A stretch of DNA of 64,000 nt from Eledone cirrhosa (taxonomy: Eukaryota): the NCBI GenBank assembly GCA_964016885.1, contig OZ024745.1, positions 53,754,001 through 53,818,000 of the forward strand, in the 5' to 3' direction. A model generated the notes under the pieces. That model was not told the origin of the DNA. It saw only the letters and a program-made list of their open reading frames with translations, and made no database searches. The translations under genes and the position numbers were made by a program. Of the stretch, positions 26,023 to 38,690 are shown piece after piece (within the stretch, counting starts at the first letter, position 1; every line of letters starts with the position of its first letter).

Positions 26023-26623
26023 AGTTATAATATAAGCTTTTTTCTTAGAGCTAATTTACTGTAATAAGACTATTTTGAGTTTCTAACTCAATACATGCCT
26101 TGATATATTCGGCTCCGTTAATTCGTCGAGCTAATTCAATTGCTGAGTAAACTCGGCTGCTATTTTTAGTGGCGAGAGTGTGCAAGACACACTAAATTCG
26201 GGAACCATGTGCGTCACATATACACACATTATCCAGTTTCTAATTAGATTTAGAAGTGATAAGGTTAGTAATTTCTTCACCCGCTGCTGAGCTTAGGACT
26301 TTGGTAATCCTTTTCATAAATAATATTGCGAAACAATTTTTATCAAAACTGTCCGGGTGTTCGGTTGTTACCACAATTATGGTTTGTATTTATTTTTCTT
26401 GATTTATTCTTCAACTGAGTCTGGCAAACCATATTGTCTGTAGTTAGTATTTTTTTCACCTTAGCGATTCTGGTCCATTACGATTTGAACACATATGTCA
26501 ATGTCTGTGTTCGTTTTTTCTTTTTTGTTCAGTTATAATACACGCCTCGGAAAAGCTTTTTTCTTAGAGCTAATTTACTGTAATGAGACGATTTTGAGTT
26601 TCTAACTCAATACAAGCCTTGAT
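26021..26623. mobile_element. Non-coding insert with 71-bp terminal direct repeats, embedded in (TA)n
   Basis: 26034-26104 and 26553-26623 differ at 3 positions; period 519 bp; (TA)n on both sides. Confidence 0.7.
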
Positions 26624-26659
<36 letters not shown>

Positions 26660-26662
26660 AAA

Positions 26663-26955
26663 ATCATCATCATCATCATTTTACGTCCACTTTTCTCTGC
26701 TTGCAAGGGTGGGACGGGAACTGATTCTGGCTTGAATTCTACAGCTGGATGCCCTTCCTAACACCAACCTCATTTACAGTGAGTGCTTTTTTGCGGTGGC
26801 ACCTCCACGACCACTTTGCAGTAGTGGGATGATACAGTAAACCAGAGCAATGTGAAATAAAGCACAAGGAAACAACACATCACCCAGTCTGAGAATTGAA
26901 CCCTCAACCTTTCGATTGCAAGGCCAATGCTCTAACCACTAAGCCATGTGCCTCC
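26663..26955 (-). mobile_element. tRNA/CORE-like SINE, third copy (internal deletions)
   Basis: Same head and tail as 8278-8615. Confidence 0.88.
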
Positions 26956-26996
<41 letters not shown>

Positions 26997-28735
26997 CAAG
27001 GATTTGAACCATATACAAATCTAAATGTTCAAGTTTTATATACACCATATATAAGAATGCTTCACTTTTTACAACTGTGAGCAAGGACTGCATTGAAGGA
27101 ATGTACCTGATGAGATTTGAATGCTTAATAGTAATAGAAAATTTTTTTATGATACACATTGATGGATATTTTTACAAAATTAACTTAAACTAAATCCCCC
27201 CTCACCCCCTATCATATCACCTATATTGAAAAACAATGTTTCAATTCCCATCAACATATTTGAAATTTAAAATATATGCAACAATTATTTAATAAAATAA
27301 ATTGAATAGCTGGTTTCTAATGCTAAAGTTAGCACAGAAAAATGTATTGCTACAAGAAACATTGATGTAATTGATAGTTTGGTTAAAATTCAAATGTGGT
27401 TAATCTTTTCTTTCATTATTTTTGAAAATAATTATGAATTTGAATTACTCTCTCTCATTGTGAAGCTGGTATTCAGAACGTACAGACTCCATAAAATTAT
27501 GGAAGGTTTTTTTAGATAAATATAAACACTTTAGAACAGGGGTGGTTATAGGCAGTTTGTTATTAAAAGAATTGATAATGGTAATTCTTATCCTTTAATA
27601 GTTTAGAAGAAAATATCTAAAAGCAAGTTTGTTCATTCAAATGTTTATACTATCTTTTAAACTGATTGTGAACATTTGCAATAAACTAAATACTAATTTT
27701 TACGGTGATGCAAGTTTCATGTGGTACAGAACATTAAACAGCAAAGAATTATATTTCAAATACATTAACATAAAATTAGATATTGTAACCAATGACACTA
27801 GTTTAATCTAGGTTGTACATTCACTTAAAACATATTTCAAATTTCACAAAAACCAGCAATTTAAATAAATAAGTGAAGTAGTTTATGAGAGAGAACAATA
27901 GCATAAGTATAATCTATTAAGACATTACAAGGGTTCATCTTCCCATGATGAACACTTTTATTTTCTATTACTAGATTTTTTTCTCAAGAGGTGTGCGCGT
28001 GCATGCGTGGGCGCATATGCATACATCTATATGTATGAGTATATAAATATAAAATGTGCAAACACAAAAATACACACTCAGATACATTCACACAAACACA
28101 GCATAACAAATGGAATGCCAGCCGCTATTTTACTATAGTTTTTTCACCACCACTTCCTTCCTTTTACAGACACATACATTCACGCAGGCTGTAGACATAA
28201 AGTGAGAGTAGTATGAGGTAGCCATACTATTCTCTCTTTACGTGTTGTGACAGACTCGCAGAAATTTATATATAGTTGAATTGTCCCTAAGTGTAATTTT
28301 CTGAAGTCTCAATTTTACATAAGAAATGCGCTTTTGTTGATCAGAGATTATTTTTAATAATTATATTTCCACAATAAATACAATTACATTTATCTGTATA
28401 TTTAATTTTTAAAAAAATGTTACAATATCATTAATTAATGTTACAGCTTTATTAAATTGCACCTAATTCAATGTGGCGTTTAGGTATAAACAACAGCCTT
28501 GATCAATAAAATTAATTTATAACCTTTAAACCCCGGTTATTACCAGTTGACTGATTTCAAACATTTTCATGGATCTCACTGTGTTTGCGAGCAAAGGGTT
28601 ACTTGTCCGTTATGCCAAATTAATTTTAATACAAAGATTTTTACTCTTTTGCCTGCTCACATATAATCATTATATACTTCCTTTGTTTCTATTGCATCTT
28701 ATCCCAATTTCTCATCATTATTAAATTATATTTTA

Positions 28736-28916
28736 AGGGTGGTGGATTGGCAGTATCGGTAGAGGGCTGGACGCCATGCTTTGACGCATAGAATTACAGC
28801 CCTTGCCATTCTGAGTTCAAATCCTGCCGAGGTTAACTTTGCCTTTCATCCTTATGGGGTCGATAAAATAAAGTACCACTAGGATAATTGCTGGCCTTGT
28901 GCCAAAAGTAGAAACA
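28736..28916 (+). mobile_element. Second SINE family (tRNA head plus GCCTTTCATCC...GGGGTCGATAAAATAAAGTACC domain) with 19-bp TSD
   Basis: B box GAGTTCAAATCC; perfect TSD ATTATTAAATTATATTTTA at 28717-28735 and 28917-28935. Confidence 0.85.
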
Positions 28917-29069
28917 ATTATTAAATTATATTTTACTAGCTTGTTTGTAATGCATTATCAAACATTACAACTGTCATTAGTAAATACACAATTCCATGGC
29001 AAGGTACAGGCATGATTATGTAGTTAAAATATTCACTTTAAATTCTAAGCTACTAAATTATCATTGTCA

Positions 29070-29360
29070 TCATATTTGTTTATTTTTCCATGCTTGCATG
29101 GGTCTTTTTCAGCACAGCTTCTCTCCACTTGTCTCACTGTCATCTCCTCCAAGAGCTTCAGTGATTTGAGATCAGCTCTCACCATCCCGACCCAAGTTCT
29201 GTTTTCAACTGCAGCTTCCTTCCATCGGGATTTCCTGGCAAATCTTCACCCAACAACTATCATCCATACACATCATATGCCCATACCAAGTTTTTTTCTT
29301 TTAAAACCATATTCTCCCTCAATTCAACCAAGCTTTGCCCTTCTCCCACATTTACATTGC
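29070..29360 (-). mobile_element. Degenerate RTE 3' fragment
   Basis: Similar to 3888-4111 and 24976-25400. Confidence 0.7.
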
Positions 29361-31521
29361 ACACTGAAGAGGAAAACTGATGATAAAAATCATTTCTAAG
29401 CGTTGACAGGAATCAAACAACCATCATACAATAAGAAAAAATATCAACTTCAATGTCCAAAATAAGTCTATGCAAATTCCTAATATTGTGTCAACACTGA
29501 TATGTCAAATAAATAAGAAAAATGCTTCATGTGAAACATAGATTTCCAGTATAAATTAAAAATATTTATTCCTCCCACTAATTGTATTATTGCACTTGTA
29601 AATTCTTTGATGTATACTAGAATTATTTTATGGAAGCCTTAAAATATTCTAAAACCACATTTAAAATGATTATATTATGAAAAGGCTGTTTATTATGAAA
29701 ATCATACTAGTTACAACAACCAGTAACTGTCTTAAAATTTAACTATGGAGCATTTCTGATATTTAATGAGATTTGAGAAAATGGGATGATAAATTCAAAA
29801 TCTTAAGTACTTTTTACTTTGGTTGCAAAGTACATATTTTCAACAAATTATATAATTTATAACTTTCCTTCAACATATTTTAAACATCCATAACACACAC
29901 TTCAACTAAGTCAATTATCTTTTAAACCTGTCTGAAAATGTTTTGCTCAAAGTTATAACACTCACCATCAGTTAAGTATTGTTAGCAATCAAATTTCTAA
30001 TAGTATTAAGCCACTGAACAAAAGTTAACATATTGTTCACACTTGTACTTTGCAACAGTATAATTGTAAAACAATATCTATCATACAAAAGAGTTTGGGT
30101 CATATATTTAACATCATAAAGTACTAGATTGATCAGAAAATCTATCCAAATACATACCATTTTAAGATTGGACATTATATATATATATATATATATATAA
30201 TCACTCTTCAATCTATTTGTTTAACTGATTGAAAAGTTAATTCAAACTAATTAGAAGCATGTTGTATAATTTCAACAATTTAAGTGATCATAAATTAACA
30301 ATAAAAAGGAGAAAAAATGTGTAAAGATTGCACTAAGGACAAGCATAAAAAAAGTGTCTTGATAATATGGCAATAGGTTAATTGGGCAATTGACAGTAGT
30401 CAATAAAACCAATCAACTGGTAACAACTACCATCTATAGGGTTTTATGCACAAGACCATTCCTCAATAGTTTCCTCTTCTTTCAAATATAGGAAAAACGT
30501 CAATTATGTTGGCTGATATTTATCTTTTCCTCGTTAGCACATCAAACATGAAATCAAAGAATTCACTGAACAACTGTATAAAAACAAGTGTATGAATGAA
30601 TCACCATGTTATCCATATATGCATTGCATTATAAATTACCGGATATTGAAATTTCTAAATATAGCATACAGCTTCCTAAACATTGTGAACCATCAAACAT
30701 TTCCATTTTAAGAACTATTGGTCTAATCTAGTCAAAGAGAAAATATTTTCTCCAACACATGTTGAGATGTCATTTTATAGCTTATGTGTACTGAAATAAC
30801 AATAAAAGTGAATGTATTGGACCCAATAATATTCTGACAGAAATTGTGGAAAAGAAATTTCATATTCAGATTGCAATACAAATGTTTCTATGAATTAAGC
30901 TCATCTCAATCTGTAGATTAAAATAGATTTGTGAAAGAAATGTAACAAAGTTTGGAGAGAAAAAAAATAAAATCAAGCATGTATCTGAAATAATAACCTG
31001 AATGTGCAGAAAATAAATAAGGTGATTTCTAACCAATCTAATTTTTCTTAAATGTCAAATGGCTTGTCGGGATTTTTTTATAACCACTAACCAATATTTT
31101 AATGACATAACCCACAATATAATGACAAGTGACTTGGCATAAACTGTTGTATTTTGTAAATCTTTCAATAGCTACGTATATTAACATGGAAAATTTTATA
31201 AAGTTTCAGAGAAGTGACAGATTTTAATTGAGATTTACTGAAGAGATACTGGAAATCGTAATTTGAAGCCACAAAATATTACTGCAAACATACATGTTGA
31301 GATATGGAAAGCAAGGATAATGAAAATCACCCTATTCATAGTGTACAACTCTATATATTACAAGCATAAAATAGAAAATAGTCATTTTATAAACACTTCT
31401 AGTCTATCGCTAAATATATATACATTTTTCAACATAAAAATTCAGCTTTTTCATTGTGTTTTTAACACACTATCACATTACATTTTTAATATTCATGTTC
31501 TTATGTGGGTTTCAGATTTAA

Positions 31522-32513
31522 CCCTTTAGTATTCACATTAATTTTCAATGTCATGTTTATCTGTTCACATTATTTTCAGTTAATCGTACTCAAGAGAGTT
31601 ATCAATTTTTTATTTGTTTGTAATTTTCTTAATTTGCAGGCTTGAAATTTTGTCAAAATGTTTAAATATCAATTTACAATTATATAATTTTACCTGATCT
31701 TTTTGGTTAAATTTGACTTTTATGGGCAGGTGAAATTAATTAATAAGGGCATTTGAAGTATCAACTAGGTGCAAATACTGGTTTAATTTTAAATACATTT
31801 ACGGCATAATATTTTATATATAAGGATCACTAAACCTTATATCAGTGCTCCAGTAATTCCAGTCATGGAAATTGTTTTATACCGAACATAATATTTACGG
31901 TAAAAAATGCTTGCATTTCCGCAGCATGTCAGTCGCCATAACAGATTGAGTTTTCCCTCGATTTGAAATCTGTTGTTGGGCACATCGATTAATCTCTTCT
32001 GCCACAAATTCAAAGAAAGTTTGTGGTAAAAACAAAAAGAAATAATCCAGTGTTTTAGTATCGGGAGCTAAAATCGAGAACATATATTGGTGTGGTATTT
32101 TTCAACCACGTTGCTGTAATATTTAATGGGATCCTGGAGACCTCCTTCGTTTTCACTTTCAAAACAACAATCATCGTCGGATGAAATTTCAGAAATGTAA
32201 ACATCTGATTCTGATTCATTTGAAGATAAATCACTAATATCTTTTGTTTCTTGTTCATTCTGAATGTCGTCGTGTGTAAAACCTTCAAAGTCGGTATCGC
32301 TACTTTCACAAGCCATGTTGATTCACAAAAAATCTGTTCTACTTTCAACGTTTTGTTTTAAGTTGTTTCACTATATTAAGTGTTAATTTTCACGGTCACA
32401 GTAAGGGCTGAAATCTCACAGTAATCTCGAATTGAGATTTTGAAGACGGTTTTGTTAATTTTTAGAACAATATTTTAGTGTGGGTGTTATCGGCCGGTTT
32501 CGGCAGATTGAAC
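31522..32513 (-). mobile_element. piggyBac copy C (diverged subfamily, larger deletion, one TIR)
   Basis: TTAA|CCCTTTAGTATTCA at the left end; ORF remnants MACESSDTDFEGFTHDDI and LDYFFLFLPQTFFEFVAEEINR; right end replaced by a retroposon tail. Confidence 0.88.
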
Positions 32514-32519
32514 ATCAAT

Positions 32520-32629
32520 TCCTGTATGAACAAGGCATGGTCAGCCAACCAGACACTGCCCATAACAGGACAACCCGTCTAACCCATGCTAGTGTGGAAG
32601 AACGGACGTAAAACGGTGATGATGATGAT
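32520..32629 (+). mobile_element. RTE/SINE 3' tail fragment
   Basis: Matches 3103-3206 (GGTCAGCC...ACAGGACAACCCGTCTAACCCATGC...GATGATGATG). Confidence 0.75.
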
Positions 32630-34225
32630 TGAATTTGAATTCCTAAAATTTTAATGTAACAAAATATAATACTAAAGTATAAACTGACAATTAGAAAGAG
32701 TAACTCAATTATATGATAAAAGCAAACAGACAAATTCAGTCACAGAAAACGTTTATAATTTGCAGATAGTTCTTTGCTCCTGAGAAGAAAACATTTTTAC
32801 TCTTCTCGATAAAGCATTGAATTAGCAAAAAGTAAAGGTTCCCAACACGACTCAGCACTCCATCACCATAAGTAGTGAGGATCACTGCATCTATAGAAAT
32901 TCCTGTTAACTTCTATAGGATTGTGAGGGCCACACTTCAACTTAATATCAAATCAAGGAACAGCAAAATGTTACTGTTGGCTAGGTATCAGGGAAATTTA
33001 TATTGAGCAATAAAAATCATTTAAGTTTGGCAAGCATATTGGCAAGTCAAACAATTTTATAGACATTACAATATAATTTTCAAAATTACTATACAATAAA
33101 AAGGAATTTTCTTTTAATTCATTACTGAAGCCATAAAACATTGCTTTGAATATATAAAAAGCTAATGATGACAGTATTAGTAAAGAAATTTATTTTAATC
33201 ATAAACCTTTGTTTACATGTTATTAATGATTAAATCATTATCTTTTTACAGTACACCTTTCCATTGTCTTGAAGTGTATCTGAAACTGACTATATTTAAA
33301 TCAAAATACCATAGGAAACTGATTAACTAAGTAAATACTTGCACACCATTCAAAATAGTTATGGCATGAGCTGTATTGAGATTTATTGGCTGTTTTCTTT
33401 TTAAATCCTTTTATTTTCCTTACTTTATAACTTCAACTCCTGAAAATTCAAACAAGCTTCAGACATGGTAATAGTAACCGAATTTGAGTGATTTTTGTAT
33501 ATAACAAGGATTAAAAAGAAAAAAGAATTTAAAAAAAAAACCTGCATGCAAACACCATGAAATGAGCTTTGAACAGAATCTTTCCATTTAAAAAAAAAAA
33601 AAAAAAACTGGAGTGAAAACTAATTTCTCTTAAAATTTTAAAAAGAAACTGGACTAAATCAGTTATGACTTTAAAGCTATTTGATTTTCCTCCCAATCAA
33701 AATTGTAGACAAAATGAAAAGGTGATCAGACTGGACAAAATTAGGATATTTTTGTCAAATAGAATAATGGCTACACTAGTAACATATTTTATATATTTCA
33801 ATAAAATTTCAATAACTTTACAGTTCACCGATTCTACTTGTTTTCATATCTAATTGAAGTGGTTTTGCAACAAAAAATAGCTTATTTCAAACACTTTAAT
33901 ATATTAATAAAGTTTGCTTTTCAAAACCAGTCTAAATATCCGATTATTTTAGAATTTAATTGAAACAGAAATAGAGTAACACACAACTGCTTAATTTTTT
34001 TTATTATTATTCAAAGCGTGCATGCACACACACAAGGAGACATTTCATAAAATAATTTCTAACAAAGGAACAGGGTTAGAAATTTTGCGAAAACAGAATA
34101 CCCAATTATATTAGTATTTTATCAGGCCTAGAAGGGTGAAAAGCAAAACAGCAATCAGGATTTAATCTGTGCTAATGACTGCCAATCTAGTGCTAAATTT
34201 ATATTATGATCAACAGTAATAAGTG

Positions 34226-34982
34226 GTGCAAATATTGGTTTAATTTTAAATATGTTGTTTTCGGCATAATACTCGATATATAAGAATCACTAAACCTTAT
34301 ATCAGTGTTCCAGTAATTCCAGTCTTGGAAATTGTTTTATACCGAACATAATATTTACGGAAAAAAATGCTTGCATTTCCACATCTATCGGTCGCCATAA
34401 CAGATCGAGTTTTCCTTGATTTGAAATCTGTTGTTGGGTATATCGATTAATCACTTCTGCCACAAATTCAAAAGTTTGTGGTAAAAACAAAAAGAAATAA
34501 TCCAGTGCTTTAGCATCGGGAGCTACTGTGTGTTGTGGGCCAGTATTTTGAATAAAATCGGGAACATATATTAGTGTGGTATTTTTCAACCACTTTGCTG
34601 TAATGTTTTCAGTGGCGCCCTGGAGTCTCCGATTTCACTTTCAAAACAACAAACATTGTCGGACGAAATTTCAGAAATATAAACATCAGAATCATTTGAA
34701 GATAAATCACAAATATTACCGTTTGTTTCTTGTTTATTCTGAATGTCATCATGTGTAAAACCTTCAAAATCGGTATCGCTACTTTCACAAGCCATGTTGA
34801 TACAAAAAAAAAAAACACTTGCTGTTTTAAGTTGCTCCACTATATTAAGTGTTAATTTTCGCAGTAAGGGCCTAATCTCGCAGCAGTCTCGAATTGATGA
34901 GATTTTGATGATGGTTTGTTTATTTTTAGAACAATTTTTTAGTGTAGGTGTTTTCGGGCGGTTTGAACAAATGAAGGGGAAA
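34226..34982 (-). mobile_element. piggyBac copy D (same subfamily as C, no TIRs)
   Basis: ORF remnants MACESSDTDFEGFTHDDI and PDAKALDYFFLFLP...MFGIKQFPRL. Confidence 0.88.
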
Positions 34983-37905
34983 TATTCATATTTAAATTTA
35001 AATCTTCCATCATAATTTTATATAGGAAAATGTTAAGATATGTTGTTTCAAACACCAGCTGAGAAATGAAAAGGCTATTCTACTAAATTCTTTATTATAT
35101 TTATCTTTTTCAAAATTAATTGAAAGTCTTAGAGAGTGTATTTCATTAGAAATTGTAAAAGTGTTGAAATGATATTTATCAAGAATAATTATCATGGAAT
35201 AAACAAATATTTTAACAGCTTAAAAAAGACAGACAATGAACACATTGGCACAACATTTTCTAAGTCTAATATCTCCTATAACTTTGTTTAGTGAGCCACC
35301 ACAGTAAATCTATCAAAATATTAATAAACTTTGAAAGTGACCCCAAACACTATCACAAACTAATAAAACTCTGCTCAGAGATAGCTTTTCTATATTTGTT
35401 GACAAGTCAAATTATACCACTTCAATATTCACTAATGAAGCAATGGAATTTCTTTTCATGTATATAAAGATTAGGTGTGTAACTAAAGTAGCTATTATTT
35501 ACTCATATGATGAATGAATATAATTGTTATATACAACTATTATCTCACAAAACACTGAAAATACTAGCAAGAATATTTCAATTATACCACACTTGAAAAA
35601 TTAAAAATAGGCCTCAAACTTTGTATTTTCTCAACATATTGTTTGTTGATCAAAAACATTTATCTTACTAATTCGTTTTAAATATCTTCAGCATATGACA
35701 AGAAACTAAGTATTTTGAACAAAGAACTTGGTTTCTAATGTCTGTATTATTTATGGATAATAATTAACCCAATCCATGTTTAATGTTTTAACTCCTCCAT
35801 TTATCATGAAACAAATTTTTAATTTAAATTATAAAAATTTATACTCTTAGATCAAGGTAGTTATTTTAACATTTAAAATTACATTATTTCCTATTTGTTG
35901 TACAAAATTTTGACAATTTAAATAATACAGAAGTTAAGAGTATGAATTTAAATTTGTTTTGAACAATATAATTGCTTCTTTACCAATGTGTCATGTGTTG
36001 CTAAAATCACAAAAGAAAAAATATTTATCAACTTGCTTCAAAATATTTCCTAGGAAATCAAAATCCAAGCAAAACTTGCAACTACCAAATATGCCATGGT
36101 TCCCTCCTTTGTAAATATTTTGATTTTTGACCTCTATAAGATTTGCATGTTTTTCATAAATGCGGTTCAATGTCACTTGCAGTTGTATTTTACTGTTATA
36201 TAATACCAAACTACCTTAAGCCAACCGTGATTCTATGATACAAAACATGTTTTAAATTGTTTATATTTAAATAAAAATTGTTCAATTTTACATATTTTGT
36301 TATATAATGTTCTAAGCAATAACTTTAATAATGACAAATTTATTTTAGCAATTTCCTCCAAATTCTCAATTTCTGAAATGCATTTGAAAAATATACGCAG
36401 TAGTATATTTAATCAGCTGAAACAATCATTACCATTACCAATGCAGTCTAGCAAAGTTCAAGAATGTGTCTGACTTGTTTGTTAATGAGAAAATTAAATA
36501 TCACATTCTTATTTTCAAAAATATTTAAAATCATAGATTGTTTTTCCATTTGAAATATGTTAAAGGAATAAGTTATGCTTCAAACACCATCTTAATGAAA
36601 GTTAGTAATCCTTCCAAATTCTTATTTTCAAAATTATACAAGCAGATTAATTAAAGGGTTAAGCAAGTGGCATCTAACTTTAGACATTATTAGATAGAAA
36701 ACCCTTATAATTTTTAACCACAATTTACATCCACAACTAATTTCATTTCCTATAATACTATAAGAGAAGAGATTATGTGATTATCTTCAGTTATAATCAC
36801 ATGGCTAAATATTCTGCAGATAATGGATGTTTGGTTGTTTTGCAGTTTTGTCAACATCATTTGCAATGCAAATACTAGTAGTCAGTCAACACTAAATACA
36901 AAAAATTTCATATTAACAACAGGTTGTCTAATCAAAATGAAATCACTGCAAATACTTTATATTTCTATCAGGTTTAGTGTAGATTGCAAGGCACTTATTT
37001 TTTGCTGGCCTTGTGCCTAAAGTAGAAACAATTTTTTTCATCAACAATACCATGAGACATGGATTTAAAGGAAATTCATTAAAAAAATAAATAATATTCA
37101 ATTAAAACAGTATAAACTCTTAACAAAAAATGAAAATAAGATATTAAAAAAATACTAAATAGTTGTGTGCTAATAGTAAATATATTGAATGACAAATAGC
37201 TCATTACGATTAACACTCCATTTATTTATGAACAGCAATATCTTGACAATAACAATAAAGCAAATGAGCCCCCAACTCTTATAAATGTTGTATACATTAC
37301 AAGCAGGAATGTGGCTCAAGTAAATCTAACCGATCATATGAGAATTTATCTACATCATATTGGGCTATGTTTTTATTGGCTATCAGCAACTTTCCACACG
37401 CATTCTTATTGAAATAATTTCTAAAAGAATGGTGTTCTTTGACGGTTTTCTCAGAGATAATGAAATTTAAAGAAAATATATCTATTTTATATAAATAAAC
37501 TGAAATTCTTAGGTTTTTTGTTTTTTCTTTGATCAGTCCAAATGAAAAACAAACTGTCAACCCTTTTGAAACCACCTAAAATGTCACAACACCTCACTTT
37601 GATTAAACAAAGCATTCTTTCCAAGATCTTATGTAACAACCTTTTTGGGAAATTATCTGCCAAAAACCAGTTGAATGGTGGTAAAACTATTTTGTTAAAT
37701 CATGCTGAATTTTTGTTTCATTATAGATATAATCACATAACTAAATTATGACCAATTACTGGATGAAAAATGTCTTATATTGCAAGCTTTATGCCTTTGT
37801 TTAAAATAAAATAAAAAAAATTGACAGAAAAAGAGCAGCATCCATTATAAATCGATAAGTAAAAATAATAAGGCTTTTAAGAATGTCATAAAATAAATCC
37901 ATTAA

Positions 37906-37950
37906 TTAGGTTAGGTTAGGTTAGGTTAGGTTAGGTTAGGTTAGGTTAGG
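37906..37950 (+). repeat. (TTAGG)9 pentanucleotide tract
   Basis: Nine perfect units. Confidence 0.97.
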
Positions 37951-38479
37951 TTTTAAATCGAGGATCATTTTTACACCTGTAAATTCTTCCAAACAATGAT
38001 GTAAAATATAAATGTAAACAAAGCAATTATTTCATACAGATATATATGTATCAGAGATTCCAGCAATGGCCAGTTTATTCACGTGCAGCTAGGAATGGAT
38101 TATCCAATGGATTATCCTATTTTGTTTAATGTGAGATTTGGATGTTATTTCATCAGATCAAGCAACCATGTTGAAGCTACCTTGTGCCTTTCACACAATA
38201 ACATGGTTTAAGTTGTAAATTCTTAATGAAATACTTAGATGTAGAAACATAGGGGCTAAAGCGATTTACTTTTGTGGTAAGTCCTGTAAGCCAATCAGAG
38301 ATTGCAAATATTTTGATATACAAGAGGAAAGATTTTTTTCTTTCGTTCAATATCTTAATAGTATTGCTGTTCTTTTTCAACTCCATAAGACATTCAAAAT
38401 GTTTAAAAAATTCAAATTCATAAAAGACTAATATGAAGGACAAATATTACAATTTAAATATATTCTTAAAATTTGCAAA

Positions 38480-38690
38480 GTGAATTGGCAGTCAGTAGGT
38501 TTGAGAGAAAACAGCTTGCAGTATGTAATAATCCTTAACATTCAGAGATCACATAGCATCAAATGGACATTGCCTTGCATCCTCCCAGGTTGATAAAATA
38601 TAGTAACAAATATAGTAACAGTCAACTACTGTAATCAACTAGGTATCTATTCCTTATTTTGAGGCCATGTGCCTATGTTAGAAATTAATT
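38480..38690 (+). mobile_element. Degenerate copy of the second SINE family
   Basis: TTGCCTTGCATCCTCCCAGGTTGATAAAATA and GGCCATGTGCCTATGTTAGAAA resemble 28736-28916. Confidence 0.55.

Noticed and set aside
26225-26285. GTGAAGA...GAAAC hammerhead-like motif on the minus strand
   Set aside because: C3 and the cleavage triplet are non-canonical and stem I does not pair.
28199-28239. 17-bp hairpin as a pre-miRNA
   Set aside because: Too short (41 nt) and has no supporting context.
30378-30389. GTTAATTGGGCA (VNWA, as in TIA1 RRM1)
   Set aside because: Wrong strand, no splice sites and no extended match.
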